From Vicugna vicugna (Eukaryota): DNA of 64,000 bases. The position numbers were made by a program, and so were the translations under genes. This document shows, piece by piece, positions 14,380 to 27,805 of the stretch. The notes under the pieces were generated by a model, which saw only the letters and a program-made list of their open reading frames with translations, ran no database searches and was not told where the DNA came from. How positions within the stretch are numbered: the first letter of the stretch is position 1; each line of letters starts with the position of its first letter. Location: positions 8,851,627 to 8,915,626 of the forward strand of contig MU058423.1 of assembly GCA_013265495.1 (NCBI GenBank), given 5' to 3'.

Positions 14380-15310
14380 GAGTACCCCTGGGGGCTGCCG
14401 TCAGCTGGTTACAGACACGTGACCTAGACTCGGCCAGTCAATCAGGGTGACCACTGGGGGCTTTGGCCACTTCAGGCCTTGCCCAGCCGCCCCAGGGGTT
14501 AAGGGGGCCCTGATCAGCACAGCTGGAACCCATTCAGCGCATATCAGGTGAGGCTATCTTACTCAGGACTCATTCGTGACGGTGGGCTCCAGCGGCCAGC
14601 AAAGTGAACCACAGTTTCTGCACTGTGTCCTTGGCTCTGTTTCCTGCTGCCTCAAACCTTGCATCTGCTGGTCATTTCCTATCTTCTCTTAGTTGCAAGC
14701 CAGCTCTCATATGCCAGGGCTGGGGTCCGCATATGAGATTTCCCCCTACCTTTCCCACTGGCTTCCTGTCATTTCGAAAGATGGGAGGCTCTAAAGCACG
14801 TCTGGAGCAGGTGGAGGCCAGAGGCGGGGCTGTTTTCCTGCCAGCATGGCTTCAGCGGCAGGAGGCACCCCCCCCCACCAGCCTGCAGCCCAGCCTCACC
14901 GTCTCTACCTGTCAGCCCCCAAAATGCAAGCCCTGGCTGTGTGGCACGCCCTTCAGAGCTCCTGGCCCCAGCCAAGCTGTCCCCGCAGCCTTAAAGGCAG
15001 CCGCTATTTCCTCCTTAATATGCTGGGTTTTGTTGGTTTTTTTTTTTTTCCCAGAGTTGCTCTTTTACTTTTTAGCCTTCTCTCTAACAAATTCCTTATA
15101 CTGCATTCACTCTGTTTGAAATAAAGTGGTTTCCATTCCTGCCTGGACCCTGCTGGTCGACAATCTCCCTTAGATCCTGCTCATGTTCTAAGCCTCATTT
15201 TCCAGCCTTCCCTTGGAGGCTGTGAGCTCCCCGACATCATTCCAATATGCCTTTTTGGTTTAATTTACCAGAGTTGGTTCTGCTGCCTACAACCAAAGCC
15301 CTCACTAGTC
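14380..15310 (+). mobile_element. Old ERVL-type LTR sequence (LTR33-like, possibly nested in an LTR16-like element)
   Basis: Two LTR-like 3' ends: aaattccttatactgcattcactctgtttgaaata...ggaccctg and ccagagttggttctgctgcctacaaccaaag. Confidence 0.45.
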
Positions 15311-15929
15311 CAAGGTCACACAATGGATGGAGGCAGAATTGGCAAACAGGCTAACTAATCCTCAGACCAGCTTTTCACAAGCTATGCTGCTTTCGAGCAA
15401 ACAAGTAATACACAGCTTATTTACAATCTTCTGTGTTGAAATCGTGACTTATACACACACATTAAGAAAAAAAATGGATGCTTTTCAATTTGGAAAAAAA
15501 ATCAAATCTGTTTTCCTAGTTGCTTTATTTGTTCAAATCATTTTCCAGTCTAAAGGGAAAAAGAACTGTGGTTGGCATAAGGAAACAGCTTTTCTACCGT
15601 GAAGGGATGAAAAGGAAGAGGGCTCATGAGCACACATGGGAAGCCATCCCCTGGTGTGACAGCTGGCAAGCGCTTCTGACTCTGGGTTCCTAGCATACCA
15701 TGAAGTGTGTCATGAAGTGTGCTGATGGTTTGCTTGGTATCTGTCCCTTCTGCTCCTCACCAAGGCTGTAAGAACTTCTCTTTTCATATAGGAACGTCCA
15801 GCAGGAGTAAACAGCATTACAGATAATATACTTAAACCTACTATTAAACCACGTGTATCTTTTGAGAAAAGAACACTGGACAGTTATCCAAATATGGCAA
15901 TAGGTCACTAAAGTAGTAACAATAATGGT

Positions 15930-16125
15930 AACAGCCACATCTAACATTTATTAAGTGCTTACTGTGTGCCAGGCCCTAAGCTAAGTGCTTCACGTGTATC
16001 ATCTCATTAAACCTTACAATTAGCCACTGTGCCTGAAAAAGTGAATTGGTGCTTGCACACACCGCGAGGAAGGCACAGAGGCAGCGTCTGGACCCTGGCA
16101 GACAACTTCCAGGGCCTGTGCTGGG
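15930..16125. mobile_element. MIR SINE
   Basis: aacatttattaagtgcttactgtgtgccaggccctaagctaagtgcttcacgtgtatcatctcatt. Confidence 0.75.
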
Positions 16126-17009
16126 GATGATTTCAGGTAAAATCTAACTTGATTCTATTGGTTAGATCTCAAAACGGACATTACATGAACATTAGGAGCT
16201 TTACTTCCTACAGTTGGTGAGCAAGTTTATTTAAAAATTCTCAAAAACGAGTTATAGCCAACAATGACAATATCCTCTGACTTCTGAACAACTGTTTGTG
16301 GGTGTTTTCAGTGTATTTGGATGCTTCTGATGGGGGACTGGATTTAGAAAAGTGCACGGAGCTGAGGAAACATTCATCCGACCCTTACTCCATCTGGCCG
16401 CTAGATGGCGCCCTGGCATCGGTAAAGCACAGGCCGGGCCCTGGCGCTGACCCAACAGAAACAATTTCAAAGCTAAGAGAGACTGCAGAATTCGTCTCTT
16501 CCCAGCAACTCATTTAAAGTTAGGGAACTGAACAACAGTTGAGTTTAATGACGAGTGGCCCACCCACTCGTTATTAAAAGTAAAAATTGCAAAATAGGCA
16601 GGCAAATGTGGAAAGCAAAAAAATATGTAATAAAATGTTTTTAGGTTCATGATAAAAATGTGAATGATAAAAAAATTCATAAAAATGATTTTAAAAATGC
16701 AATCAGAATATCTGCCATCTAATGAACACCTATTAATGTGCCTGATACTGTGCAAGGTACTTCCTATAATATTTCTACTCCTCACCAAATGCCTGCCATG
16801 TGCATCCTATTTCCACCGTTTGACATACGAGGGAACTGATGCTGAGAAGCGCTGAGGGGCTCGCGGAAGCTCACACGGCCAATTAGGCGCGGAAGCAGCC
16901 CAGGCTCTTCACACCTGGCTTCTCCTTCAATGAGCGGGCTGACGCTTCTACTGCTGGAGTCCCATCTCAAACTGTCTTTCTCTGTGTTTTCTTTCTTCTT
17001 CCTATTCTC

Positions 17010-17160
17010 CCTTTTTTCTTTCTTTTTTTGGGGGGGGGGTGAGGTTAACTAGGTTTACTTACTTATTATTTTATTTTATGTAACAGAGGTACTGGGGATG
17101 ACAGCCATGACCTGACGCATGCTATGCGTGAGCTCAACCACTGAGCTACACCCTCTTCCC
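17010..17160 (-). mobile_element. Second tRNA-derived camelid-type SINE, more diverged
   Basis: gaggtactggggat...gcatgcta...accactgagctacaccctc aligns with the 3213-3305 copy; preceded on + by a T/G-rich tail. Confidence 0.75.
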
Positions 17161-19360
17161 TCTTTCTTTTTTATCAGAGACGGTAAGGATATTGCCACCT
17201 GAGAATTTGGGGGTTTGGGGGAAAACCTGAAATCCAAAATATGCTTTGTTCTACTGCTGTATTATTCATTTATCAATTCAAACTTGTTTAACCAAAAAAG
17301 GTAGGGCCCCTGTCTTCCCCTGTGTCAAAACAATGCGAACAGACGGCTGCAAGACACCCCCCTTGGTCTCTGCTGACACAGCCCGCACTTAAGGCTGTTA
17401 GAATGCATTCTGCCCGATCCCGAGAAAGATTTTAGGGCTTCCTTTTGCTACATCCTAGCAACAGCTATTTGAGTGTTAAAAATAGCTTAAAAATCTAACT
17501 TTCCTACTAACAAATCCGTGAAATGACTTGTAGCTATCTCAGGAAACATAGGGTTTTTCAACTTAAAAAGAAAGAAGAAGAAAGAGCACCAGGATTTCAC
17601 TGTCAGTGGAGCAAGTTCATTAATTCCATCATAAAATTACTGTCTTAAGTTCAAAAGGATTTACGAAGTTAAAGCCTTTACAAAAACTATGATGAAGCTT
17701 CCAGTGAGTATCAGATCTGAAAACGGGGATTCCAGTAAAATATCAGTATTTTACCAACAACAGCCTTAAATGAAATTGTGCTACACATCATAAAAACTGG
17801 CAGGTATTAGGTAAGCAGCATGTTCAGACCTTTCTTCCTCAGTGTGAGGGGGCACAATACATGCACAGATAAAAAGATGCATAGAGAGCAATATCTTAAC
17901 AGTGGTGATTTCTAGATTATTTAAGTGCAGGTGACTTTTTAGCTGGACTGCTTAAATTTTCTATGATGAACATGTACTTCCTCTGTAGTAAAATTAAAAA
18001 GAACACAGAATTTGGAATCAGAGACACGCTGCCACTTTCCGACCCTGTGAACCTGGGCAAGTTAGGTTACCAAGCTTCCATCTTCTCTTCCACAGAACTA
18101 CCACCACCTGCTCCAGAGGGTGGCTCTGATTATTAAACAGGGGGGGTGTGCACGAAAAGCTCCACACCACTCCTGGCACATACGCAAGTGGTGGCTAATT
18201 ATTCCCTGTATTGCCACGTGGGGCCAAAAAGAGTTTTTAAGATTTGTGGCAATTAAGAACTGACACACAAAATATTCATATCCTTTTATCTAGTGATTCT
18301 AGGAATTTAGAGAAGGAATTAGAGCTGCAAAAAAAACATGTATAAAAAAAGAATGTAAAAAAAATAGACATGTGTGCCAACTACTTCGGTTTTTTAAAAG
18401 CGAAAAAGTGTAAATGACTTAGATCTCACTCAAAAACTAATCGATTTATTAACAAAATTATGGCACAATCATTGAATGCAAATATGAAAAATTATAATGA
18501 AGATTCATAGCTACTGCCACGGAAAGAACTCTGTGATATATTAAATAAAAAAAGCTGCTGTAAGACAGTAATCATATTATGACTCCACGCTTGTAAACAA
18601 GAAGAAAAGAAATATTTTTATCAGTGTGTGTGTGTATTCTTTGAGAAAAAAATACGTACAAAAAATACAAAGAAGCAGCTGGAAAGAAAATTAAAATCCC
18701 TAGTAATCCCACCACCAACTAGTAAACCTAGAAAACTTGGGTAGAATTATAGGTCACTTTTATGCTGGTTTTATTAGTTCATCTGCATTTTCTTCTTTTC
18801 AAAAAGCATCTATTACTTCCATAAAAATATTTTAAATGGTTTTTTAAATTATATTTCTTACTTTCTGTTTAAGAAAATTTCATGAAACAGGTGAATCCTA
18901 AATGGCAAAATTCTTTCACTTTCGCCAAATGAATTCCCAACAACAAACCTACTCTTACTGAGGTTTTCCGGATCCAAGTCAGATCATTTTTCACAAAAGA
19001 CCAGAGGGAGGTTTAATCAATCCTGGTTTGAAAGACCAAGAGAAAGTGGTTTCCCCAAGCCCTCAACAAATACAACCCAACACGACAAAAGGTTAATCAA
19101 TCAATGTCTGGGGCTAAAAAGATTCACAAGCAAACTGGTGAATGAGAAAATCTAATTCTGGCTTCGGGACAGAGACCTCCTATTTGTTAGGATAACTCAA
19201 AGGACCTGGACCACCCATCCCCAGAGGAAAACTGTGATTCAAGCAGAGCTCCCTGGAGAGATGTCCCAGGTGTGAAATGATGAGCACGTGTGCAGAGACC
19301 CAAACAAATTATCAAATCAAAATGCACGCATATACAGCGAAACTAGATTTTAGAATAAGT

Positions 19361-19373
19361 GATGATGATGATG

Positions 19374-19409
<36 letters not shown>

Positions 19410-19430
19410 ATGATGGTGATGATGGTGATG
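19361..19430. repeat. Compound trinucleotide microsatellite (GAT)5(GCT)10 followed by GGT/GAT units
   Basis: Read directly from the sequence. Confidence 0.95.
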
Positions 19431-19859
19431 AAAAAAGAAATCTAGACTAGGAGTTTCAAATTACATTCCCTCAGAGGACTACTGTTCCAGCTCTGTGACC
19501 GAACAGAGCAAAAAGGGAGCTGATATGTTCATAGGTGGTTTTTTTTTTTAATTTTATGTACTTCTCTCCTCCCATAAATTATTCTTAAACGTTTGGTGCC
19601 TATCATTACTTGTATTCTAGGGAATGTTAGGTTAAAAATAAATAAATAAGTAGAAATACATATGAATGGGAAACTCACATAGCTGATCATGTTTCATTCA
19701 AGAAGCTTATTATTTTCTTTTGCCTTTTCTTCTTCTATATGCCCCTAGTTATACATATACTGCAAATAATTTACCCAATCACTCTCAGCTAGAAAATTAT
19801 TCCTAGTTGCCATGACGGAACTGAATAGATGAGTGTAGCGGCAATGTTTAGGAGCCCAG

Positions 19860-20050
19860 CGCTGGGGTTGGAGTACCACCGGGGCTGCCGGGTACTTTGT
19901 GACCTTGGGCAAATTCCCTACTCATAAGCCTCAGTTTCCCCCTCTGTAAAATGGAGATAAGAGTACCTACACCTCACAGACTTGTGTGTGCACTGAATGA
20001 GGTGATGCTGTGATTAGACAGTAACTAGCACACAGTAAAAAAGTTCATAA
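19860..20050. mobile_element. MIR SINE
   Basis: tgtgaccttgggcaa...gcctcagtttccccctctgtaaaatggagataa core. Confidence 0.8.
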
Positions 20051-20370
20051 ATGACACCCATGGTCATCATCGTCATCACTATTCAACATGGTGCCCCCAG
20101 AGAAGACCTTAATGTGTAGCACTCTACCAGCAAATCAGCCGGAGAACCACTGACGGAATTCAGCAACCGGCTCCTTGTTTTGAGCAGTTTGTTTCTCAGA
20201 TTCTCCTTTGATCACTGGGCCAGGTAAAGTGAACACCCTATTTATAGCAACCTAAAAATGTGCTAGTTTTAAAACAGTGATTATAGTTCCACTTACTGAA
20301 CGCTAACATTTAACACACTATTACTACTGTTCCATTTTTTTAATAAATAAATATTCCCTGGAAAATATTA

Positions 20371-20613
<243 letters not shown>

Positions 20614-22831
20614 TTACAAATAAAACTGCTTTTCACCCTATTCGTACTAGACTAATTGGACAGATATGAAGACAAAATAATATAGCTTAAGATAAAAACA
20701 TGCATCTGATTCTCAAAATGATGTGTATGAATTCAACCCGCTTCAGGAAAAAATTTGTCTCGACTCTATGAGAAGTTTAGAAAACTTTATTTAAAGTGGA
20801 TGCACTTTGCTTAAAGTAACTGTCTCCTGGCCACTCTGCAATGAAATGAAATGAACACAAACACTGCTTGTCCCAGTAACAAGGAAAATAAGGGAAGACA
20901 GAAAATATAAGCACTTTCCATGAGCATGGTAAACACACTATAAACAAAGGAAAAAAAACGATAAATATCAGAGTCATGATGAACACACCTTCATTTTTTG
21001 TTTGTGTCTATAGGTTGATATCTGTTGCCGGTGCTGATTTCTGGACTGGGAAACAGAAGGCAGGAGTGAGGGACAGAGGCTTACCATACCCTCACGGGGT
21101 ACCACAGACTGGAGCCGGCCAAGGTCTACTGCGGGGGCTGCAAACCCAAGCAGCTACAAGGGTCAGGCAGGAGGCATAAACAAAGGCCGCTGTTCCTCAG
21201 CTCTGGCCAACTGCCCATAGGAAGGCGACTAAATGTGGCCCACTTGCCAACTGGATTTCCACGTAAAATCTCTCTATGTTGGAAATGTTGCCCGTTTGAA
21301 ATTAAGTTTTTAAATACTAGGAAACCAAATGGAACACACCCATGGGCTGATTTTGACCACCAGCTGTTGGCCTCTGGTCTGCACATTCCAGGATCCTCAG
21401 AAAAGGCCTGAAAGGCCAGGCAAGGGGCCGAGCACCCTCCCACTGCTCATTATCTCCTTCACTGCCTTCCCTTCCAGGTGTGCCTCTGAACCCATGAAAC
21501 ACTGAGGCACGGCTGAGGGTTCCCAAGACTCTGCAGGCAACTGGGACACAGTTGTGCAATGCATTACAAATATATATGTGTCTCTTCTTCCCATAAGCAC
21601 CGTAGCCCAACCCCAGTCTCACTCACACCCCCACCACCAGCCACAGCTTCTAGTCTCCAATTCTCCACCCTCCATAGCACTGCACAGACACCTCCTCAGG
21701 CAGGAAAGGAAGGCAGTCCTCTTTGCTGGGCCAAGGGCATCCACATGAAAGGCTCTCTCCTCCACTACATGGCACAGACCTCAGTGGTAGGAATCTGTCC
21801 AATACGGAGTCTGCACTCCGCTGTAAGAGCTCATAAGTATTTGTTGAATAAACTGGAGAGATGCCACCAAGGAAATCCGGGGCTCTACTTTCATTACTTA
21901 TAACTACTCGTTGGATTTGATTTCCATGAAAATCAAAACTTCGCTGTACAATTTTCATGTTTGAAATGCAGATGGCTCTTTCCAGTTATAAAAAGTTATA
22001 AATGAAACTTTACATGACACCTTGTAAATGTCTGAACTGCATTAATCTAATTGTAATAAACATTGTAATAAAATTTCCACAATGCCCTAAATAAAATCTT
22101 AGAGATGCTATGAGTGTTGTGATTACACATGCCAAATTAAATCTCAAGCACAGCTATCTAGTTAGAACAATTTGAATAAAGAATCTAATATACAACTCTT
22201 TACAGTAATTAAACATTTTCTTATTTAAATAAAGCAGTCTCAAATCAAATAGTCCAATATCCTTCTCAAGTAATTCTTAAGCTTAAAACATTATTTAAAA
22301 ATTCAAAAATAAAGGTATGCTGTAATCATCAAAAGGCTAAAAGCAGTTATCTTATGAACAGTAGAAGAAAACAAGTTTCTGTGCTCACCATTCCTGTACC
22401 CTTGACCATGAAGTAGGCCTGGATAAACACACTGTGCTATGTCTGTTTCTTTGGGATTATAGACATCCGTTCCGTTAAATAGTAACCTTTTATAATCAAT
22501 CATATGGAGATAGGCAATGGACTCACAGAACCAAAAGAATATATTTACAAATTCGCCTACCCAAAAAGATAAACATTAGTTATTTATGGGCTATATTCAA
22601 TAGCTTGGATAAGGTTGATGGAGTAAACAAAGAGATTTGTGTCTTAGATCTAAATCTGAAAAAAAATTAGTAAGGAAGTTATAATTTTAACTGACTAATA
22701 TAACATTAACCTTACTTTGGTAAGCTTCCAAAATTAATGTCTGTGCCTTCCTTCACAGTGAAGTATACAAATGTCAATGTTTATCAATGATAGGATATTT
22801 AAGATGATATTCATTGGTTTTTCTAATTAAA

Positions 22832-22873
22832 CGCACGTGCACGCGTTCGCGCGCGCACACACATGCACACACG
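22832..22873. repeat. Imperfect alternating purine-pyrimidine (CA/CG) tract
   Basis: acgcacgtgcacgcgttcgcgcgcgcacacacatgcacacacg. Confidence 0.85.
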
Positions 22874-23768
22874 GACTTCCAAGAAATCTAGATCAGACAG
22901 GAGCTTAAGGTACTTTCCAACACAACCACATTTTATAAACAAACGTCTAAGCAAGAATGAGGGAAGAGAATGATGTTACCTCTTTCAGTCCAAAGCCTAC
23001 AGCCTACCAAGCACCACACAGAAAAACCACAGGGATCCTTCACTACAAGGAAACTCCAAAATTCAAATCTGAATTCTTGAAACTGATACATTTAGGTATT
23101 AATATTCACATTACTACAGAATCCTTCAGTCTACAAAAGATTCACCAGATTTCTTTGGAATGGCTAACTCTCTTCATGCATTTAAAATATAATTTGAAAA
23201 AAAAAATCAAAGTTTCCTATGAAGTACGTAACAGCATTAAAACTGAAAAAAAAAAAGTGAATAAAGTATAATTTGGCTTGAAAACATGAGTTTCTACAAC
23301 TTCTAAGAAACACGTCTGTGCCAGTAAAGCATGCCTCACAGATTTATTTTCTAGTCCAAAAACTGAAAAACATTTGGCCTTTTTACAACCAAAATAGACA
23401 GTAAGACAGAAAAGACAGACCTTCAGGTTGACAGTTATAGGACTGATTCCTTTTATCAATATATGTTTTTAAGACAACATGGATAAACAGCTTTTAAGCA
23501 CAATTCGACATTCATTAAAACGTTTTCTAAGCCTTTATTACGTAGCAAAGACTGTAACTTGGTGTCACACATAAAATAATAAAAAGCATTTCTGTGCTCT
23601 GTGCTCTGAAGGAGTCTGAAAACAAGGGACAACTAACACTAATAACAATAGCAGTGAACACATGTGTGCCACAGACTCTGTGCCAGGCGCTCCTCTGTTA
23701 CACACAGCTCACTGCATCTTCAGAGCATCGCTCTGAGGCAGGTGTGGTATCATCTGCATTCCACCCAC

Positions 23769-24107
23769 TGCTCTAGACTGAATGTTGGTGTCCCCACGAA
23801 ACTCAGATGTTGAAACCGAATCTCCAATGTGACGGTATTAGGAAATGGGCCATCTGGGAGGTGATTAGGTCATGAAGACGGAGCCCTTATGAATGGGATT
23901 AGCAACCTTATGAAAGAAAGAGCTCTGTCTGTGAGGACGCGGAAGAATGTGGACACCTCTGAACCAGGAAGAGGGCCATCCATCACCAGACACCAAATCT
24001 GTCAGTGCCTTGACCTGGGACTTCCCAGTCTCCAAAACACTGAGAAATAAATGTCTCTTTAAGCCACACAGTCTATGGTATTTTGTTAGGGCAGCCAAAC
24101 TAAGACA
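23769..24107 (+). mobile_element. MaLR solo LTR (MLT1A/B-like), near full length
   Basis: TG start tgctctagactgaatgttggtgtcccc, internal aataaa, CA end gcagccaaactaagaca; degenerate 5-bp flanks cccac/cccgt. Confidence 0.85.
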
Positions 24108-27100
24108 CCCGTTAAAGAAAAAGTTGCATTAAACTTTAAGTGCTGTAATACAAGTACATTAGAGGTTAACCGTGGCACAAAGACTATTTTAAAAATGAAG
24201 ATAGAGGGAACTATATTCAATATTCTGTAATAAACTATAATGGAAAAAATATGAAAAATAATATACAAAGATAAAAATAAAAATAAATATCATTCCTCAG
24301 ATCAAAAACAAATCATCAGAGAGATCATTTTTGCCATAAAATTAGCAAATTTTTAAAAAATTATCATTTCCAATGCATCAAGAAACTTCAGAGCCTCAGA
24401 CAACGCTGGTAGGAGTGTAAATTTATAAACATTTCTGAGGGGCAATTTGTAAAGTAATTAAACCTCTTAAAAACATATGTGCACTTCATCAGAGTAATTC
24501 AACTTCTGGGAATTTTTCCTATAAGGAAATCAGAAACATGCAAGATGAATGTGTAAGTCTCTTAACTTTTTAACATCAGCTGCATCTGCAAAAGAATTGG
24601 AGACAACTTACGTAATCACCAATTAAAATGTGTCACACATTCTATGAAAGATAAAGAAAAACAAAGACAGAACTACGAAGTCTTTTTTATTCAGGAAGAA
24701 GCTGCCTTCTTTGTATTGCCGTACTTTAAAACAATAAAACAGTGTTGACAGTATAGCTGTATTACATAAACACAAATATGCTGTAACGACTGGCATTTTA
24801 TGGGCTTAAAGCAAAGTCAATATTCGAGGTATCTGGTTTAAATTAAGTGTCCATGCCATCTGGCTTTAAATGATAACCTCTAGATTATTACTTTAGATTT
24901 GCTTTTGAGAGAGACAGTGTGGGAGAGGGAAAGAGGCGTGTTCCATGTGGACGACGGCTTCACCTCTAAATGCAGAAAACATTTAGGGGACGCCTGCCAC
25001 AGCCCAGCCCAGCCCAGTGAACACCCCTGCTGATGCAATCACAGAGAGCAAGAATTCTGTGCGTGTTCGCAGGTTCCATCCCAGTACGGAAGACATTAAG
25101 ATTTGAGGCCATCAGCACATACGTGGTTGCTGAAACTTGGAAACTATCCCCTCATTTACGGAGAATGTGTCCCACCAGAAATCTCAGGACCCTAGAGACC
25201 AGCAGCATTTCGGGTGGGCAAAGGACGAGAGAGGACTTGCAAGGGAGACAGAGACACACGGCCAGAGATGGCAGGAGGAGAAAAGCAGGAGACAGAACTG
25301 AAGAAGTGAGGGGAAGGAAGTGAGTTTCTAGAATTCGAGAGCAGTCACCGAGTAAATCAAGCAGGAAGAAGACGGAGCACAGCCATGTGGTTTCTCTGAC
25401 TCCTGTAAGAGCATCAGCAGCTTCACCCGAGTTGCAAAAGTAAAGAACAGATCATAACTGGCCTTTGACTGGCTGAGTTAAAACAGAGTCAAGATTGCTC
25501 TCTTAAGAAGTTTGGAGGTAAAAGAAGGGTCAGAGGCCAAACAATAATTAAAGAGGAAGGAAAAAAAAAACATGGTAAGTATCTTAGACTTCAAAACATT
25601 TTATAGCTGGAACCGACACAATCTCTGAACCAGCAATGGGGGCAGCGCGTCAGCAGACGTGGGAACACTGGGTCCCTCTTCTTTGGCAGTGTCCAGGAAG
25701 GAATCCTGCTTCCTTAACCTCGTGGGCTTGGAGAGGTATAATCAACACTACAGGACGGCTCCAGGGAAATGCTTCTAATACTTCTCTGAATAGTCAAATC
25801 CCCGTGGGAGGCACACCTCCCTGGTTCCTCCAGGTGTGATGAGGACAAGCCCGCACACCTGCCTTCTGGAGCTTGCTGGACCCCGGCCCTCTGGCAGGAA
25901 TTCACATTCTCCCAGTCCCATAATCCATGAACAAGTAGCAGGCAGATCAGGCAGCATCCAGAGTACACTCTGGTTTGCTGTACAAATTCTAATCCAGAGC
26001 AGAGCCTTGAAACATCACACCTCGGATGTTCCACAGTCATTCCTGCTGCTGACCTGAGGTGACAAACGGAGAGATGACAGGCCTGACAAACCTTACTAGT
26101 TCTCACGGTACGCACAAAAGGGCAACGTCGGCAGTCTGCACCACCAGATCGGTTCGACGGTTTACTCATTAACTGCAGTGAAGGATGACACAGTCAACCT
26201 GGGGACAGTCTCTGTTCATATACGCAACTAATCAACATCACGCGCAAGCCCTGGTTGAAGATTACAATCTCTAGCAATCTGTGTTGCAGACGACCGGTTT
26301 AAAAGTTTTAAAAACCAACTCATTCTTGCAGCATAGATTGGCTGGTAATCAAAGAAAGAAACATCATCTCAAGAAGTTGTCCACCTTAGTCAATAAATTT
26401 TCCCCCGGGAGTGTTACTGCAAAATCAGAATGGATTCTTAATTAATATGTATGGTCGCTTTCCACTGAAAAGTAGTTACTTTTAACAAATTAGATAAATA
26501 TCTTGAAACGTGCTCTGCTTCTGTTTTTAGAATTCATTCACTCTTTACTCATTAGTTCTTTCATTCTACAAACATTTAACGAGTGCCCACTCTGAGTGCA
26601 CTGTGCTCCGGGGTTACTTATTGATACAGAGACGAGTAAGACAGGGTTTCGACCTCAGTGCCCGGGGTGCAGGGAAGACACAGGTGTGTAAACAGTGTCA
26701 CACCCGCTGTGTGAGAAGAGCTCCCACTGAGCTAAGAATGAGTTAGCAGAGGAGAAAGGATCACAGGGAGGAGGCGGGGACAAGGGCAGTGCAATGGCAC
26801 AAACGCAGAAGCACTGCCCCCTGGGAGCCTGCGGGGACGTGGGGAGGAGGAGGGAAGGGACAAGGACGGAGTATGGAAGGGGCGAGCCCATGTCCAGAGG
26901 GCCTTTCGCGCTGCATTCACGCAGGGGAGTGGTACAATCAGACTGAATTTCTAAAACACAGACTCTGAGAGTGATGTGAGGACTTGACGGAAGAGGCCCA
27001 GGGTTCAAGAAAGAGTCAGTCCCAAGCATCCAGAACCCACCAACACGTTCTCACAAATAGTTTCCAATGGGCTACAAGGCGATGTGGCCAAGATAATGCG

Positions 27101-27490
27101 AAATTAGCTCATAGAATAGCAGTGCTCTTTTCTCAGAAGAGCAGCCTTCAGGTGAAGACAGCAACAGTGATGATTTATGAGTTGCTAGGATGTCTCAGGA
27201 GCAAAAGTTTCCACATTCGGCCTGTTATAGATCAGCACGAAATTCCGTGTAGACGATGTCATAAGCCTACAGACGGAAGCCAGTGGGAAGGGTCAGACGT
27301 GATAACGTCTGCAGAATGAGGCACAAGGACGCCGGGAATCTAGGACAGCAGGTGGTAAGAACAAAGGCTTAAGGACCCCACATCTGAAGAGGGAAAATCA
27401 CAGAAAGCCTTCTGAAAAAAAAAAAATTGGCCTAGCAAATATACCGAGCAAACAAGAAGTACTTAATAAATGTTCAATAAATTAACTGAA

Positions 27491-27805
27491 TTGTAAATAA
27501 GTTCATTTGTGTCTTGACACAACAGACTATGGTTACTAGGGGAAAAGGAGGGTACGGAGGGATACATTGGGAGTTAGGGATTTGCAGATACTAACTACTA
27601 TATAAAATAGACAAACAACAAAGTCCTACTGTATAGCACAGAGAAAACTACATTAGATACCTTATAGTCTATAATGAAAAAGAATATGAAAAGGAATACA
27701 TACATATGTGTATAACTGAATCACTGTACACCAGAAGTTAACACAACATTGTAAACAGAATATACTTCAGTAAAAAAAAGAAGTCCAAAAAAATAAAAAC
27801 AAAAA
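27491..27805 (+). mobile_element. Short, relatively young LINE-1 3' end with 15-bp TSD and inverted 5' piece
   Basis: aataaattaactgaa at 27476-27490 and 27806-27820; L1 3' UTR motifs gtcctactgtatagcacag and tataactgaatcactg; A-rich tail. Confidence 0.9.

Noticed and set aside
14604..15119. 171-aa ORF
   Set aside because: Lies in LTR-like sequence, has a non-ATG start and no recognisable domain.
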